This document shows, piece by piece, positions 27,150-41,129 of a stretch of DNA of 64,000 nucleotides. Numbering within the stretch: the first letter of the stretch is position 1; every line of letters begins with the position of its first letter. The DNA comes from Octopus sinensis (lineage: Eukaryota): assembly GCF_006345805.1 (NCBI RefSeq), contig NC_042997.1, positions 200,632,001-200,696,000 on the forward strand. Reading direction: 5' to 3'. A program made the translations under genes and the position numbers. Under the pieces are notes generated by a model. It did no database searches. It saw nothing but the letters and a program-made list of their open reading frames with translations, and was not told where the DNA came from.

Positions 27150-27435
27150 GGGTACCAAAAAAAAACTACGTATCTCAGGAACCCGTGGTCCGATTTACGC
27201 GAAATTTATTTTATTCCGTTTGAATTCACATTTTTATGGTACTTTACTTTCAAAGCATCTTTTCCATTATGCGTCGGTTTGACTATTTATAAAGGTATCC
27301 GAAAAAAACGTGTATATCTGGAACCCGCAGTCCGATTTACGCGAAACTCGTCTTATTTCGTTTGTATTCACATTTCAGGGGTACCATACTTTCAGAGTAT
27401 TTTCCCGTTATGCACCGGTTTGGCTGTATTAAATT
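27150..27435. repeat. Diverged tandem duplication, ~143-bp unit x2
   Basis: GGAACCCG..GTCCGATTTACGCGAAA..ATTCACATTT..GGTAC..TACTTTCA occurs twice. Confidence 0.75.
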
Positions 27436-27454
27436 ACAGACAAGCATGTACGCA

Positions 27455-30386
27455 AGCAGGCCCCCTTCACTAGTGTGCTAATCTGATCTCTGTAAACCTG
27501 TCTTGACGGGAAAGACGCGTTCAGTTTCCAGTAACCTGTCTATGTGTCTTATCTAAGTCTAGCGTACAAGTCACAAATTTGTGATCGGTGTAGCTGATTA
27601 TATGAAATTGTGGACAACCTACACTATCTCTATCTACTGTCCTACATAGTATTCTATCTAGATACGATCTCGACTATCCTATGCGGTTGCTCCATGTTCA
27701 CGTTGGCGCATTCGGATGGTCGAGTCGGTACCTGTCAGACAGTTGAAAGCGTCTGAGCAGGTCTCTGAGGCACTTGCATCCTGTCTATTTCTATCAGTAC
27801 CCACATAGTCTCGATGCGTGTCCAAAGTAGCATTCCAATCCCCCACTAAAAGTAGAAGTCGAGACCTTCCTAGAAATACTTCTAGACGTTGAAATAAATC
27901 TGATCGACCTGTTAAAGATGGTGCATAGACTGATATAAGTCGAAAGGCACACTCATTGCTGCCGTCGACACCTAAGACAATCAGTCTACCCTCCGGGGTC
28001 TAGGAATATTGTTTTTTCTTTGAGATACAGACTCTTGCGAAAATGTACCGCGGTGCCACTACCACCCATTCTCAGCAGACAGGGATAAAATAAATGTTAA
28101 ACTATCCGCCAAATATGAACTTTAGGGCCCGTGGATTATAGATTCTGGTCTCACTTATGGCTATGATTTCTAATTTGTGTCACTTGATGTCATTTAAGAG
28201 TTACCCTTGTTTCCAAGGGGACCCCGAGCCACACGCATTTATACAACTAATCTTGAGCATAAACCTAATGATGTATGTGTCTTAAACACAAAGGAAATGA
28301 ACAGAAAGTTACTTTCAGTTCGATATTTTTTCCCGTCTCCTCCTTTGGTTTTTACTCGAGGAGTTTGCTGTATAGTTTTTTTTATAAGCATTTTTGAAAT
28401 TTCTCCACTGCATCTGGATATAGTGATTTCAGTGTATGTTGTAGGGTTTGTGTAACATGTAGTGCTTTTTATGTGTTCTGGTGGTGTTGTGTAAGGGTGA
28501 TTGTTTATTTTTATTGTCTTCATGTGTTATATTTGTTTTTGTACTGATGCATTCCATTTTGTATTGCATGTTTTGTGTTGATGGCAGTGAGCATTGTTGA
28601 TGCATGTTTTTGTGGTGTAGGTGTTGATGACGGCGAGCTGGCAGAAACGTTAGCACGCCGGACGAAATGCGTAGACGTATTTCATCTGCCGTTACGTTCT
28701 GAGTTCAAATTCCGCCGAGGTCGACTTTGCCTTTCATCCTTTCGGGGTCGATAAATTAAGTACCAGTTACGCACTGGGGTCGATGTAATCGACTTAATCC
28801 GTTTGTCTGTCCTTGTTTGTACCCTCTGTGTTTAGCCCCTTGTGGGTAGTAAAGAAATAGGTATTCGTATTTGTGTTTGAAACGTTTTCAGGAATTGTAT
28901 AACTTCCTGCTTTGTTTGGGTTTGGCTTTGTTCTTTTCTTGATCCTTTTCCTTCTTCCTTTTCTGGCTATTTGCCATTCTTCATTGCTTTTGTCTTCCGA
29001 TGGAATTTCTGAGGAATCAGAATGGGGTAAAGGCATTGCGTATGGGTCTATTTGTATGTTTGCAAGTGATTGTGTTGTTGCTTTTGTTGATGCTGGTTGT
29101 TGATTGTTTGTGTGGGTTATTGGGGGAGGGGAATCAGTTTTTGTCTTTTCTTTTGGATTTTGTTTTTCTGTAGTTCTTGCTGTTGTGGTTGGTGTTGATG
29201 TTGGTACTTTTCTTGATGATGTTGGTATCCCATTTGTTGGTGGTGTTTTTTCTGTCATAGATGATGCTGGTGGGTTTGATTGGTGTGTTTCGTTCATTGC
29301 TCTTTGCTGTTTAGCTTCTGTGTTGGTGGTGGTGTGGGTAGTAGAACTTTTTTCCTTTCAGTTTTCTTTGTTGTAGTGGTTGTTGTTGTTTTTGTTGTTC
29401 TGTTGCTGTTAGGCATCCAGTTCTTAGGTGTTTTTCGCTGCCACACAGGTAACAGTGTGACCTCCTACTTCTTACCACTACATAGAGTTTATGGCCATTC
29501 AGCAGCTCAATTAAATTTGGAATGCTGTTAATCAAGTCCTGATCAATTTGCATCAGGATCTCGACTGATTTTCTCATCCAATTTCGCTGCTCTAGGACAG
29601 CAATCTCGAGGATGGTCATGTTCTCCATTTCAAAACAAATAGCAGACATCAACCACTGTGTCTCTGTTTCTGGGGGAACATATTTTTATTCTAATCGTGG
29701 TCACTCGTTGACCAGGATAGCTTGGAATCATTATTAACTTCTCTGTTTGAAGAGTTAGTGTTGAGTGACGTTTGGCCTCTTCATTCTTGAAGCATACCTG
29801 TACCGTGGCATATTTATTGCACCAATGTACGTATTGTTTGTGTGTTCATACAGGACGCAGGCATTTTTCTATTGAGTTTTGGAGTGTTTGCTCTGGCCTT
29901 CTTGTTTTTGCATTTAAACTTTGAATATGTTAGTTTGTTTTTATGTATTTTCTATAATGTTTTTTGGGGGATGTGTAAATGTAGATTGGAACCCTGTTTA
30001 GTTAGCAGGGTTTTGGTTTGGTCTATCGTATTGTGAAGTTTACTACAGTTCTTTTTTGCTTTAACGCTTCAGCAAAATTTGTTTTGTCTTTATTGTTGTC
30101 GATGTCACTGGTGGTGGTGGTGGCGTCGGTAGCAGAGGTGGTAGTTGTAGCAGCAGAAGATGTAGTAGTAGTGTTGGTGTTGGTGGCGGAGTTAATATCT
30201 TTAGTAGAGGTGACGGTGGACGGCTTTGCGACAATAGTTTCGTTGTTGTTGTTGATGGTGGTGGTGGTAACAGAGCCATTGAGTCCGTTTGTCTCAGCAA
30301 CAAACACCTTCAACCCGTCCACTCCCACGTCACTGAAGTCTGTATTCGTTCTTTTTATTTTTTGTTTTCTGTCGTTTTATGTGTGT

Positions 30387-30431
<45 letters not shown>

Positions 30432-30665
30432 TGTGCGTGTGTGTGTGTGAATTCTTCGCATTCTGTAATGGCAATGGGAGGGTAGGAAACTCTTCCTCAC
30501 AAATGGCCAGTCTGGCGTTCTTCTCTGTGCGTTCAGGCGAAACGACTAGCATCAAAAGGAATGCTGACCTTGTGGTTTGATTTAGCCATTTTCGCTTCGA
30601 AGATGGCGAAGAAAACCGAAGAAAATTCTTAAATTTTGGAAATCCACACACAAAGGGGAATTTCC
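27455..30665 (-). mobile_element. Tx1/L1-clade LINE, 5' half (ORF1 with zinc knuckle plus ORF2 APE endonuclease), decayed
   Basis: ORF1 remnant with CYLCGSEKHLRTGC. ORF2 starts at 28260: MLKISCIN..IIAISETR..DPEGRLIVL..FRLISVYAP..LVGDWNA..YLDRI..SYTDH..GYWKLNAS, with several stops. Interrupted by a SINE and (CA)n. Confidence 0.85.
28630..28859 (+). mobile_element. SINE family A, near full length, inserted in Tx1 ORF1
   Basis: tRNA-like head, B box GAGTTCAAATTCC, tail ..GCCCCTTGTGGGTAGTAAAGAAATA. Confidence 0.9.
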
Positions 30666-30817
30666 TATTAAAATATTTACTTAGGTTGAAAGGGGAAGAT
30701 GTTAAACAACTCTTTCATAAAAAAATATTTAACAAGTAACAGTTTTTTCCACTCAAAAAAAAAAAAGCCAGCATACTTGGAGCCAATTTGTCAACAATCC
30801 ATTCACATCAGAGATAA

Positions 30818-31770
30818 GTTTCTTTATTGGCCACACAGGGCTGCACACAGATGGGGCAAGTTACAAGGTAGAGCTTTTCTTTTGGGGGATGAAAAAAACA
30901 AAAAAACAAAAGAAACAAAAAAAAGGTGGCGTAGGTTTTCGATCAAAAGGGATCGTAAAAGGGAAAAAGAAGAACAAAAAAAATAAATAAAATAAAATAA
31001 ATAAAAAGAAAGAAGAAAAGGAAAAGGAACAAAAGAAAAGAGAAATGAAAAAAGAAGAAAAAAGGATAAAAAAGGGGAAGAGGAAAAAAACGATCAATAG
31101 GGATCGTGTATCACAGTGTTATGATATATGGTGTAAAGGGGAAAGCAAGTAAGGATTATCCGTGGGGAGAAAAGCCTACGAAAAAGACCACGGTAACCTT
31201 GGTCAATATTGTTATATGTTACCACATTTGTTTGCAAGTGGGTAATCCTCTGTTTTCAATTTCTGGGTTCATAGGATTATGCTCAAGGTGGCTTCGTCAT
31301 TCATACGTGCCATCCTTGCTACATTCACCCATCTTTTTTTAAAACATTCGCTAGACAAAACTTGCCTCTCTACTCTCACTTTCCTTTTCAAGTAGTACTT
31401 GAAGAAGTTGATGAGAGATTGACCAGAGAGGAAAGTGTTTGTCTCCAATCCTTTCAGACGCGTCCACCAGATACATTCTTTCGCCATAGCCACAAGGATG
31501 ATGAAAATAGCTCTTCCTTCCCGTTTGAAGGAAGGAGGCGTGACAATATTGACGATAGACTCAGCTGATAAACCGACTCGTCCCACACGTGACAGCAGTC
31601 GTTCGACATAAGCCCACTGGTCGGAAATTGTTGGACACTGCACGAGTGCGTGCAGAACGGTTTCGTCGCTCTGACCGCATCTCGGGCAGGTCGGCCCCGT
31701 GTTTCTCGAGCCGTGTCTGTAGAGCTTATCCCGAACGGGTAGCGCTTCTCGGTAGCACTGCCAGGCCAGG
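30818..31770 (-). mobile_element. Tx1/L1-clade LINE 3' end, copy M (zinc finger plus 3' UTR)
   Basis: LAWQCYREALPVRDKL..CPRCGQSDETVLHALVQCP..FFKYYLKRKV. The 3' end is GCCCTGTGTGGCCAATAAAGAAAC. The 5' end abuts (GATA)n at 31771-31850. Confidence 0.85.
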
Positions 31771-31850
<80 letters not shown>

Positions 31851-32191
31851 CAAGCACGCAAGCAAGCACGACGAACGTAAACAATCTCAAAGAAGTTTTA
31901 GTGAGGCAAATATACCTATTACCAAAAATCAATCCATTTTTCTTTCGCTGACAAGCTTCTGCGGGAGTAAGCCAGAAGCCACTGTTAGTTTCTAACTGGT
32001 TCACATAGAAATCAAACCCCTATTACGGTACTCAAGTGTTTTCGTGGTTACATGAGTTGACAGCTCTTGTATACATTATCTATCTATATGTGTGCATGTA
32101 TGTATGTATGTATGTATGTATGTATGTATGTATGTATGTATGTATGTATGTATACATATGTATGTATATCTATATTTACAGATATACATAC

Positions 32192-32248
<57 letters not shown>

Positions 32249-32344
32249 ATATGTATATGTGTATATATATGTATATGTATATATATATGTATATATATAT
32301 AATGTATATATATATGTGTGTATATATATATATGTGTATATATA

Positions 32345-32377
<33 letters not shown>

Positions 32378-32406
32378 ATAGTATATATAATAATAATAAT
32401 AATAAT

Positions 32407-32439
<33 letters not shown>

Positions 32440-32679
32440 TTATATTTATCATTCTTTTATACTTTTTGAAAAAAAGATATATATATATATATTTATCATA
32501 TGTTATATTAATTATGTATATTATTTATTATTTATGTATTGGTTTATGTCTATCACCGAGTTGCATAATAGTGGTTTTATCTTTAATTCGTATTTTATAT
32601 TTATATATATAATATATATACATATATATATATATATGTATACATAGAAGTAAATACTCTCGTATTGCATTACTAATTT

Positions 32680-34160
32680 TAGCTTCACCCCTTCCACTTT
32701 GGAATAAGACCTCCGAGGCAATAACCTGGTTCCGGGATTTACCTGACAAAAGCAACACCCGATTCCTACAATTAGATATCGAAGATTACTACGCCTCCAT
32801 ATCGGAGAGCCTGCTGATCGACGCGATTAACTTCGCTAGGAAGTTCTCCACCATCACCGAGGCCGAGCAAGATGTGATCCTCCACGCACGTAAGACTTTT
32901 CTTTTCCACGACGGATCCCACTGGATCAACAAAAAATCTGTGACCCCTTCGACGTCAGCATGGGTGCTAGCGACTCGGCTGAAATAAGTGACCTTCAGGG
33001 CTTTTCATCCTCCATAGGCTGAAGACCCTATTCACAGGCCTCTCCGGTGGTCTTTACCGCGATGATGGCCTTTTTGCCCTCCACAAAATAAACCCCAGGA
33101 CCACGGATGGGTTCCGGAAAAATCTTTACACTTTTTTTAAAAACTTAGGCCTTAGGATTACCTTAGAATCCAACTTAACCAAAGCTAACTTCCTTGACGT
33201 TACCCTCGACTTAAAAACCTCACTTTATTACCCGTACCACAAACCAAATGAATCCCTTAGATATATAGACATTAATTCCAACCACCCCAAAAATATATTA
33301 GACAACCTAGTAAAAAGTGTCTTAATTAGAATATCTAGCCTGTCCGCTACTGAAGATATCTTTAATGCCGCAGCCCCCTATTACAACAAGGCCCTGGCCC
33401 GCAGTGGCTTTAAAGATAAGATCACCTATACTAGCATAGCCCCACGCCAACCCAGGAAAAATAGGCGAAGACACATTAGCTGGTACAACCCCCCCCCTTC
33501 AACCGTGAGGTCGCTACACCTGTAGCTAAAATCTTCTTCACTCTCCTACAGAAACACTTCCCCACCCAACATAAGTACTACACAATCCTAAATAAGAACA
33601 CCATTAGACTCTCCTACTCCACCACGCCCAATCTAGCCAGGAACCTAGCCAACAATAACGTGAAAAAACTTAATAAATCTACTTTTTCCGAGGCCCATCC
33701 AACATCCGATAGCAATTGCAACTGCCCTGATAAAACCACTTGCCCCCTCAACAACAACTGCCTACAGAAGGACCTCGTCTACACATGCGAGGTACGATCA
33801 GGCCCCGATGATAAAAGAAAATCGTACATCGGAATGACGTCAAACAGCTTTAAGACTCGTTGGTACGCCCACACACATTCGTTCCGGCGACCTGACAAAT
33901 CCAACCAAACTACCCTCGCTGCCCACATCTGGTACCTTAAAAGGAACTCCATCCCCTTCAAGATCAAGTGGATACTACTACAGAGGGCGCGTTCGTACAC
34001 AGGAGGCCATACCTGCTGTGACCTTTGCATTTCTGAGAGCCTGGAGATCTTGTTCGCCAAAGGCCCTCTCCTTAACAAGATCTCGGAACACTCCCCAAAT
34101 TGCATGCATAAAATTTATGCAAACTACAAAAACTACAGACCCACCCGGCAACCCGATTGA
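32680..34160 (+). mobile_element. Penelope-like element, 5'-truncated (RT plus C-terminal GIY-YIG endonuclease)
   Basis: RT motifs LDIEDYYASI, MGASDSAE and YRDDG. ORF 33660-34160 has CNC..CPL..CL..VY.C and YIGMT..FKTRW..H..SF. A few 1-bp frameshifts. Confidence 0.9.
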
Positions 34161-34399
34161 CGACACCCCACCCCCACCGTTCCCCCAGTACCCCCAATTA
34201 CCTTTTCTCCTAAGACTATTCACATATTGTATGTGTACACTTGTATATATGTATTGTATATATGTATAGAAATGTATGGGTGTTAGTAGGAATATACGCA
34301 TGTATGTGAATGCGTGTATTTACGTGCGTGTATATGTATGTGTATGTGTATGTATATGTGTATATGTATGTATGTGGAGTGTGTATATATATGTGTATG

Positions 34400-34446
<47 letters not shown>

Positions 34447-35295
34447 ACGCTTGTGTGTTTATGTATATGTAGGTATGTAGAGTTATGTGTATGTGTATGT
34501 ATGTATGTATATATACATATGTATAAATAGGTATATATGTGTATGTTTATATGTATGTATCCGTATGTATAATGGGTAACTGCATGTATATATATTTATT
34601 ATTTATTATTTATTATTTGAGTATGCATGTATGTATATATGTATATGTTTGTATGCATGTATGTATTTATGTATATAAGGATGCGCGTGTATGTGTGTAT
34701 GTGTATGCATATGTATAGACATATGTATACATTTATGCATGTATGTACTTATGTGTATATATAGATGCGCGTGTATGTGTGTATGTGTATGCATGTGTGT
34801 ATGTATATGTATGTGTATATATGTATATATATATACATGTGTGTAAATATATGTGTATGTGTATGTATGTGTATATATGTATGTGTGTACATGTATGGTC
34901 TTGTTGGGTTTCTTTTTTATATATGTAGATAGATGTGTGTGCGTGTGTATTAGTATGTGCTTGTGTATATATACGTGTATGTATATGTATAGATATATGG
35001 ATGTATGGGTATGTAGGTATGTATATGACTGGTGTAAGTATATATGTGTGTATGTATATGTAGGTAGGCGCGTACGTGCATGTATGTGTGTATGTATGTA
35101 TATGTATATGTATATATATATATATGTATATATATATATTATATATATATATATATATATATTATATAATTAGGGCTTAAGCCCTAATTATATAATGTAA
35201 TATTTTGAATTCGCCTTAAATGGTCCTTTTACATACTGAACACTTGGTGAAATTGATTAATAATTAATTTTACCCTCAATTGTTGATATATATAT

Positions 35296-35342
<47 letters not shown>

Positions 35343-36662
35343 CATATATATTATATATTATATGTATATATATATATATGTGTATGTATGTATATGTATG
35401 TGTATATGTATATGTATATATATTTATTTGTGTATATGTATGGACTAGTCCTCTGTGGGTGTATAGATGTATGTATGTGTATGCGTGTAGATATGAATTA
35501 GTAGGTACGTGTACGTATGTGTATATACGTGCATGTATGTAGATGTATGTATGTATGAATATAACACGTGCGTGTGTGTATGTGTATCGGTGTATGTGCA
35601 TATATGTGTATATATGTATGAGTATATATACGTGTATATGTATGTATGTATGTGTATGTGTATATGTATGGACTTGTTGGGTTTCTTTTTTATATATGTA
35701 GATAGATGTGTGTGCGTGTATGTGCGTAGATATGCGTATGTGTATTGGTATGCGCATGTGTATATATATGTGTATGTATATGTACAGATATATGGATGTA
35801 TGTGTATGTAGGTATGTATATGACTGGTGTAAGTATATATGTGTATGTATATGTAGGTATGTGCGTGCGTGTATGTGTATATATATATATGTGTATGTAT
35901 ATGTATATGTATGTGTATATATATGTATATGTATATATATGTGTATGTGGTTTTGTGTGTACATAGTTATGTGTACGTTTATGTGAAAGTCGGTACACTT
36001 ATGTATGTATGAATATAACACGTGCGTTTGTGTATGTGTATGAGTGTGCATGTGTGTGTGTGTGCATGTGTGAGTGTTTGTGTTCGTATCTGTGGAAAAA
36101 AGATAGAAAGGAAGGGAGAAGGGCAATAAATGGTGTCTTTGGGCCGACCAGGCTTGCTCCCTTGGGAGAGCTGGCCTGGTGAGTCGAGGTCAAAATAAAA
36201 ATAAAGGTAAAGATAAAATTAAAATTAGGGAAGAAACGTGTGTGTATGTGTGTGCATGTATTTGCATATGTATGTGTATGTATATATGTATGTATGTGTA
36301 TATATATAAATATATGTGTGTGTATATATATGTATATATATATACGTATAAGTGTGAGTATGTATGTGTGTATGTATGTGTATGTATATATATGTATATG
36401 TATATGTGTATGTATATGTATATATATATATATATAGATATGTGAGCGTGTGAGTATGGGGGTGTATATCATCCTTTATATTTGTTTTGTGTTTATATTT
36501 ACATTTATATTTTCTTATATATGTGTGTAGAGATATGAGTGTATGTATGAGTATGGATATGGGCGTGTACGTAGATGTATGTAAATGGGTGCATATGTAC
36601 ATGTGTATATGGATGTATGTGTGTATGTGTACGTATATGTGTATGTACATATGTATGTGTAT

Positions 36663-39600
36663 CAGGGGCGTGCACTCTCAGCAATGCAAGGTATGCGCTG
36701 CATGCCTTCCTTGTTTCAAAGAAAATACGGCCAGTTGTTTTAGAAATATTGTCTCCACTTCGTACATCTGCTTTGATAAATGCTTTTAGAAGATCGCATG
36801 ATACACACTCCCTCTCTGTCTGTATTAGTTTGTCCTTCCTTCCTCTCTCTCTCTCTCTATCTTAGTGACTCGATAAATTTATCGCTTGTCATGCGTTGGG
36901 AAGACAGCATGAGTCCCTTCTCTCTGTCTTTGATAGTTTGTCCCTTCTTCCCTCTTTCTTTGTTTAAAAGATATACTACGAGGAATGGTCACCCCCTTCT
37001 CTCTCAGCGATTCGACAAATTCAGTTTGGCGTGTCATGCTGTGCTTAGATCGCATATCACGCCTCTGGCTATTTTGACCGGAACAAGAGCCGTCCCATAA
37101 TTCTTGTTTTAGCCAGCTGAAATGTTGGAATAGCCTTCGCATGTAAGTTTGAAATTTTTTATCCAAAACATCCGTTTGCACTATCATATTTTTAGAAAGT
37201 TTTGAAAGCAAAAATATCTACATTATATTTCTTATTTCAGAAATAGCTAATTAATCTTAAATTAATTTAACAAAGGGTATTTTTCCGTTTTGTTGAAATT
37301 GACTTAAATTAAATTACGCCCGGCGCTTCCACGTGGGTCCTTAAATAAGAGCAGCCTTTTTAAAAATGAGTGAAATGTGTGCTATAAACGATATTTTGAG
37401 AACTAGTTTTTCTAAAAGGGACTTCGATGGGAAAAAAATAATTATAAATCGCGGGAGACCAACACCGAATTTACCTAATTTGCGAAGCTACAACAAGAAA
37501 TTCACGAGACAATTTCAGGTTATTCGTATGAAAAGAAGAAATGGTTAACTGGAAGTGTTGCTCTTAATAAATTATTCTGTTGGCCGTGTTTACTTTTTGG
37601 CTTAGAAAAAAATGTTTGGAATGATAAAGGCTATGATGATTTAAATATTTACATATGGCTATGCTAAAGCACGAGCGTTCTCAAAGGCATATAAAATGTT
37701 TGATAGACCTTAAAATATTCGGGAATGTTCGCATAGACTTACAATTAGATGCACGTAAAAATCAAAGCATACAACAGCATAATGAGAAAGTTCGACGAAA
37801 CAGATCCATTCTGCAACGATTGATCGATGTTGTTATTTTTTTAGGCCTCCAGGAATTATCGTTTCGGGGTCATTTGAATCTGAAGGCTCTAATAATCGGG
37901 GAAATTATAAAGAACTCGTTTATTTTGATCAGTAAGTATGACAAACAAATGGAAGTCATTTAGATACAGCTTCTATCTTCACTGGTCTGTCGAACAGAAT
38001 TCAAAATGACTTGATCGAAGCAATTCATAAAGTTATGTTCAATGAGATGCAGAAGGAAATTGACCAAGCTAAGTTTGTTTCTATTCTTGTTGATGAGACA
38101 TCTGATGTCTCAGCATCTTCACAACTGTCAACAGTTTTACGTTATGTTACAGAAGACTGTGTGACGAAAGAACGATTTATCGGTTTAGTGATGTTAGTGC
38201 AGATCGATCTGCAAATGCTTTATCTGAACATGTTTTTAAATGCATTGAGACGTGGGAATGTGGAAACAAATTGATTGCACAGACATATGATGGTGCCGCT
38301 ACAATGGCAGGACAACTAAATGGGTTACAGGCAAAAGTAAGAAAGAAATATGAATGTGCGATCTTTATTCATTGTTGTGCCCATATCCTAAATTTAGTTC
38401 TTTCACAATCATGCTCTGCTATGAAAGAATGCAAGATATTTTTTTCTACAATAAATGGACTCGGTACATTTTTTACGAAATCACCGAAAAGGACTAATGC
38501 ATTAGATAATATTGTTAAAAAAGATTTCCGAAAGCAACAGCAACTAGATGGAATTACTCCTCACGTCTTATTATTACCACAAAGGAAAATTATAATTTCA
38601 TAATCAGCCTTTTTGAACACATCATTGAAAATCCTGAAGCATGGGATGAGACCACCATAAATTCAGCAATTGGATTCTTACACATTTTAAAAGCTCCTGA
38701 TTTCTTATTTTTGTTAGAGGTATTCAGTGACATTTTTTCTTTACTGACGTCTTATTTAACATACTCCAGAGTAAAAGTCATGACATAGTGTATTGTAAAC
38801 AGCAATAGATAAAACTAGAACTGTACTCGAAAACAAACTTGATAATTTTTCAGTCTTTTATGATAGGTTAGGGGAAAAATATGGAGTCGATGCAGGAATC
38901 GGAATTCAGAGATCCAAGAAATATCTATTGATCCCCAACGACATTATAGAACGCTTTATAACAAAATTATAAGTACAATAGTTGACCAAATAAAAGCACG
39001 ATATTCATCCTTAGAAGAGTTTAAATTCATGGAACTTTTGAATTTCAACAAAGTTGATGAGTATTGCAAACAATTTCCTGTGGACTCTTTAGATTCTTTA
39101 AGAACAACTTATGGCAGATTTTTTGATGTAATACGATTACAAAGTGAGCTCAATGTGATGCATTCAATGAAAGATTTTAAAAAACCAAGTGTAAGTCATT
39201 TAATGAGTTACATTAACAGCACTGATCTTATTGAAGCTATGCCAGAACTCTTCAATCTGTGCAAGTTGATTTTGACAATTCCGTCTACCACTGCTTCTGT
39301 AGAGCGATCCTTTTCTGCATTAAGTAGAATTAAAACATACCAAAGAAATGCGACAGGAGAAAGAAGACTGTCTGGGTTAGCACTAATGTCAATTGAAAAA
39401 GATTTATTACAAGAATTGATGAAAAGAGAAGATTTCTATGAAAATGTGATAGATATATTTGCCCAGAAAGATCGAAGAATTGAATTAATTTATAAATGAG
39501 TTAAGTAACATTTTAAAACATAAAAAAAATATATATTAAAGAGCATATATTACAGGTTTTGCTTAGTGTTTGTTATAACGTAAAGTTCGACCTTCTTACA

Positions 39601-40450
39601 TCAGTATTGTTTCGCAGGAGAAATGTTTTGATTTCTTCGTGAAACCTACCTACATAGATTTCCCTTCTGTGCTGCTGGGTGTAGTCTATTTACGGCCGTA
39701 AATAGTGTTTTGTTTCACTTTCAATAAGTGTCTTGTTTCAATCTCAGAGATGTTGACTTCTGCCACAACAGTTTTGGAGGCTTTTTACAATGTTGAATTT
39801 TCGCTGTCTTTCATTGTGTGCGTATTCATGTATATGCGTGTATTTTCAATGTTTGTGCGTGAGACGTAGTCCTTTAATGTACGGAGTTCAGTAAGTCTCA
39901 GAACAGTCAATAATTTTCCCGGAATTGACAAGTAGCATGATAAAGAACCTGACTTGTCTTCGAGAGCGTAACGATCTAAAACCATGGCCATATATGTAAC
40001 TAAATGTGTTCTTTTAATTAAATCATTTCATTCAGCTCAACCGATAGGTATAGGGGCTAATGCAGAATCGCACCCCTTTGAAAAACGAATTTATGTGAAA
40101 ATTTTTTTTCGGATTCCTACCTTTAACAGAGATTCTGAATATGCAAAAATATTGACAGAATCCAATTTCATCTTTATTACATTTCACTTATGATTTTTAG
40201 ACTTTTCTAAGGAGAATGAGGATGGGAAAGTACTGACGTTTCGAAGAGCAAAGAATAATACAAACAATACACTTATTTCAGGATCATCTCTGCACAGCCA
40301 TTTTTTATTCCCTGTTTATTCTGCATATTCAGAATCTCTTATATGTAAATCGTAGAATACGAAAATGTTTTACTGAAAAATTGCCGGTGGGAGGGGGGGG
40401 GCAATGAAATTAATTGCATGCCCACCGCCGGAAGTCACCGCACGCCACTG
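36663..40450 (+). mobile_element. Full-length hAT DNA transposon (ZMYM1/DUF4371-like, probably Tip100 group)
   Basis: TIRs CAGGGGCGTGC and GCACGCCACTG (10/11). 8-bp TSD ATGTGTAT at 36655-36662 and 40451-40458. Confidence 0.9.
37366..39499 (+). pseudogene. hAT transposase, frameshifted in this assembly
   Basis: ORF pieces carry LSFRGH, SILVDETSDVS, QTYDGAATM, HCCAHILNL and IPSTTASVERSFSAL (DDE triad and hAT dimerisation domain). Confidence 0.88.
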
Positions 40451-40455
40451 ATGTG

Positions 40456-40486
<31 letters not shown>

Positions 40487-40934
40487 GTATATATATGTAT
40501 ATATATGTATATATATGTATATATATGTATATATGTATGTGTGTGTGTGTGTATGTGTATATATATACATGTGTGTGTGTGTGTATGTGTATATATATAT
40601 ATAAGTGAGAGTCTCCTTATTTACCTAAAACTCTATTATTCTATTTATTCTTTTATCTACTTTATCACTGATTCCTTTGACCACTCCCCTAAGAATGATA
40701 GTTTGCGCCATGTCTACCCCCAAAAAGTCCCCCCACCACCCCTTTAAACCTGCCTAAGTGTATAAATGCCAAAACTATTCTTGTCACCTAGCTTCCTGAT
40801 GATTTCTTTTGAATGAAACAGTTCTAGTCCTGTAGAAGCTCCTTCTATAAAATATATATATATATATATGTATGTATGTATGTTTATATATATACAGATA
40901 GACATAGATACAGATATAATTCTTTAACAATAAC

Positions 40935-40995
40935 AGTATTGATAGTGACTTCGAAGTTTCGGTTAACTAAGCCATCTTCGGACTGGTGATGATGG
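40935..40995 (-). ncRNA. Degenerate type I hammerhead-ribozyme-like motif
   Basis: Minus strand: agt-CCGAAGA-T-GGCTTAGTTAACC-GAAAC-TTCGAA-GTC-act. U4 is changed to C, stem II is imperfect, stem III is palindromic. Confidence 0.35.
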
Positions 40996-41129
40996 TCTTA
41001 TACATCGCTGATCACGATGCACTTTGCATTGTTTTAGCCTTCGGATGAAGCCACCTTGCTGGCTAGGTGGCCAAACCAACATTCTTCCTCACCCTCGATC
41101 GAAAGACTATTTCGTCGCAGTGTTGTCCA

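Noticed and set aside
36157-36190. GC-rich hairpin followed by CTGGTGAG as a hammerhead
   Set aside because: No downstream stem II or GAAA, so the core is incomplete.
37366-39499. Host ZMYM1-like gene
   Set aside because: It is enclosed by TIRs and an 8-bp TSD, so it is a transposase.
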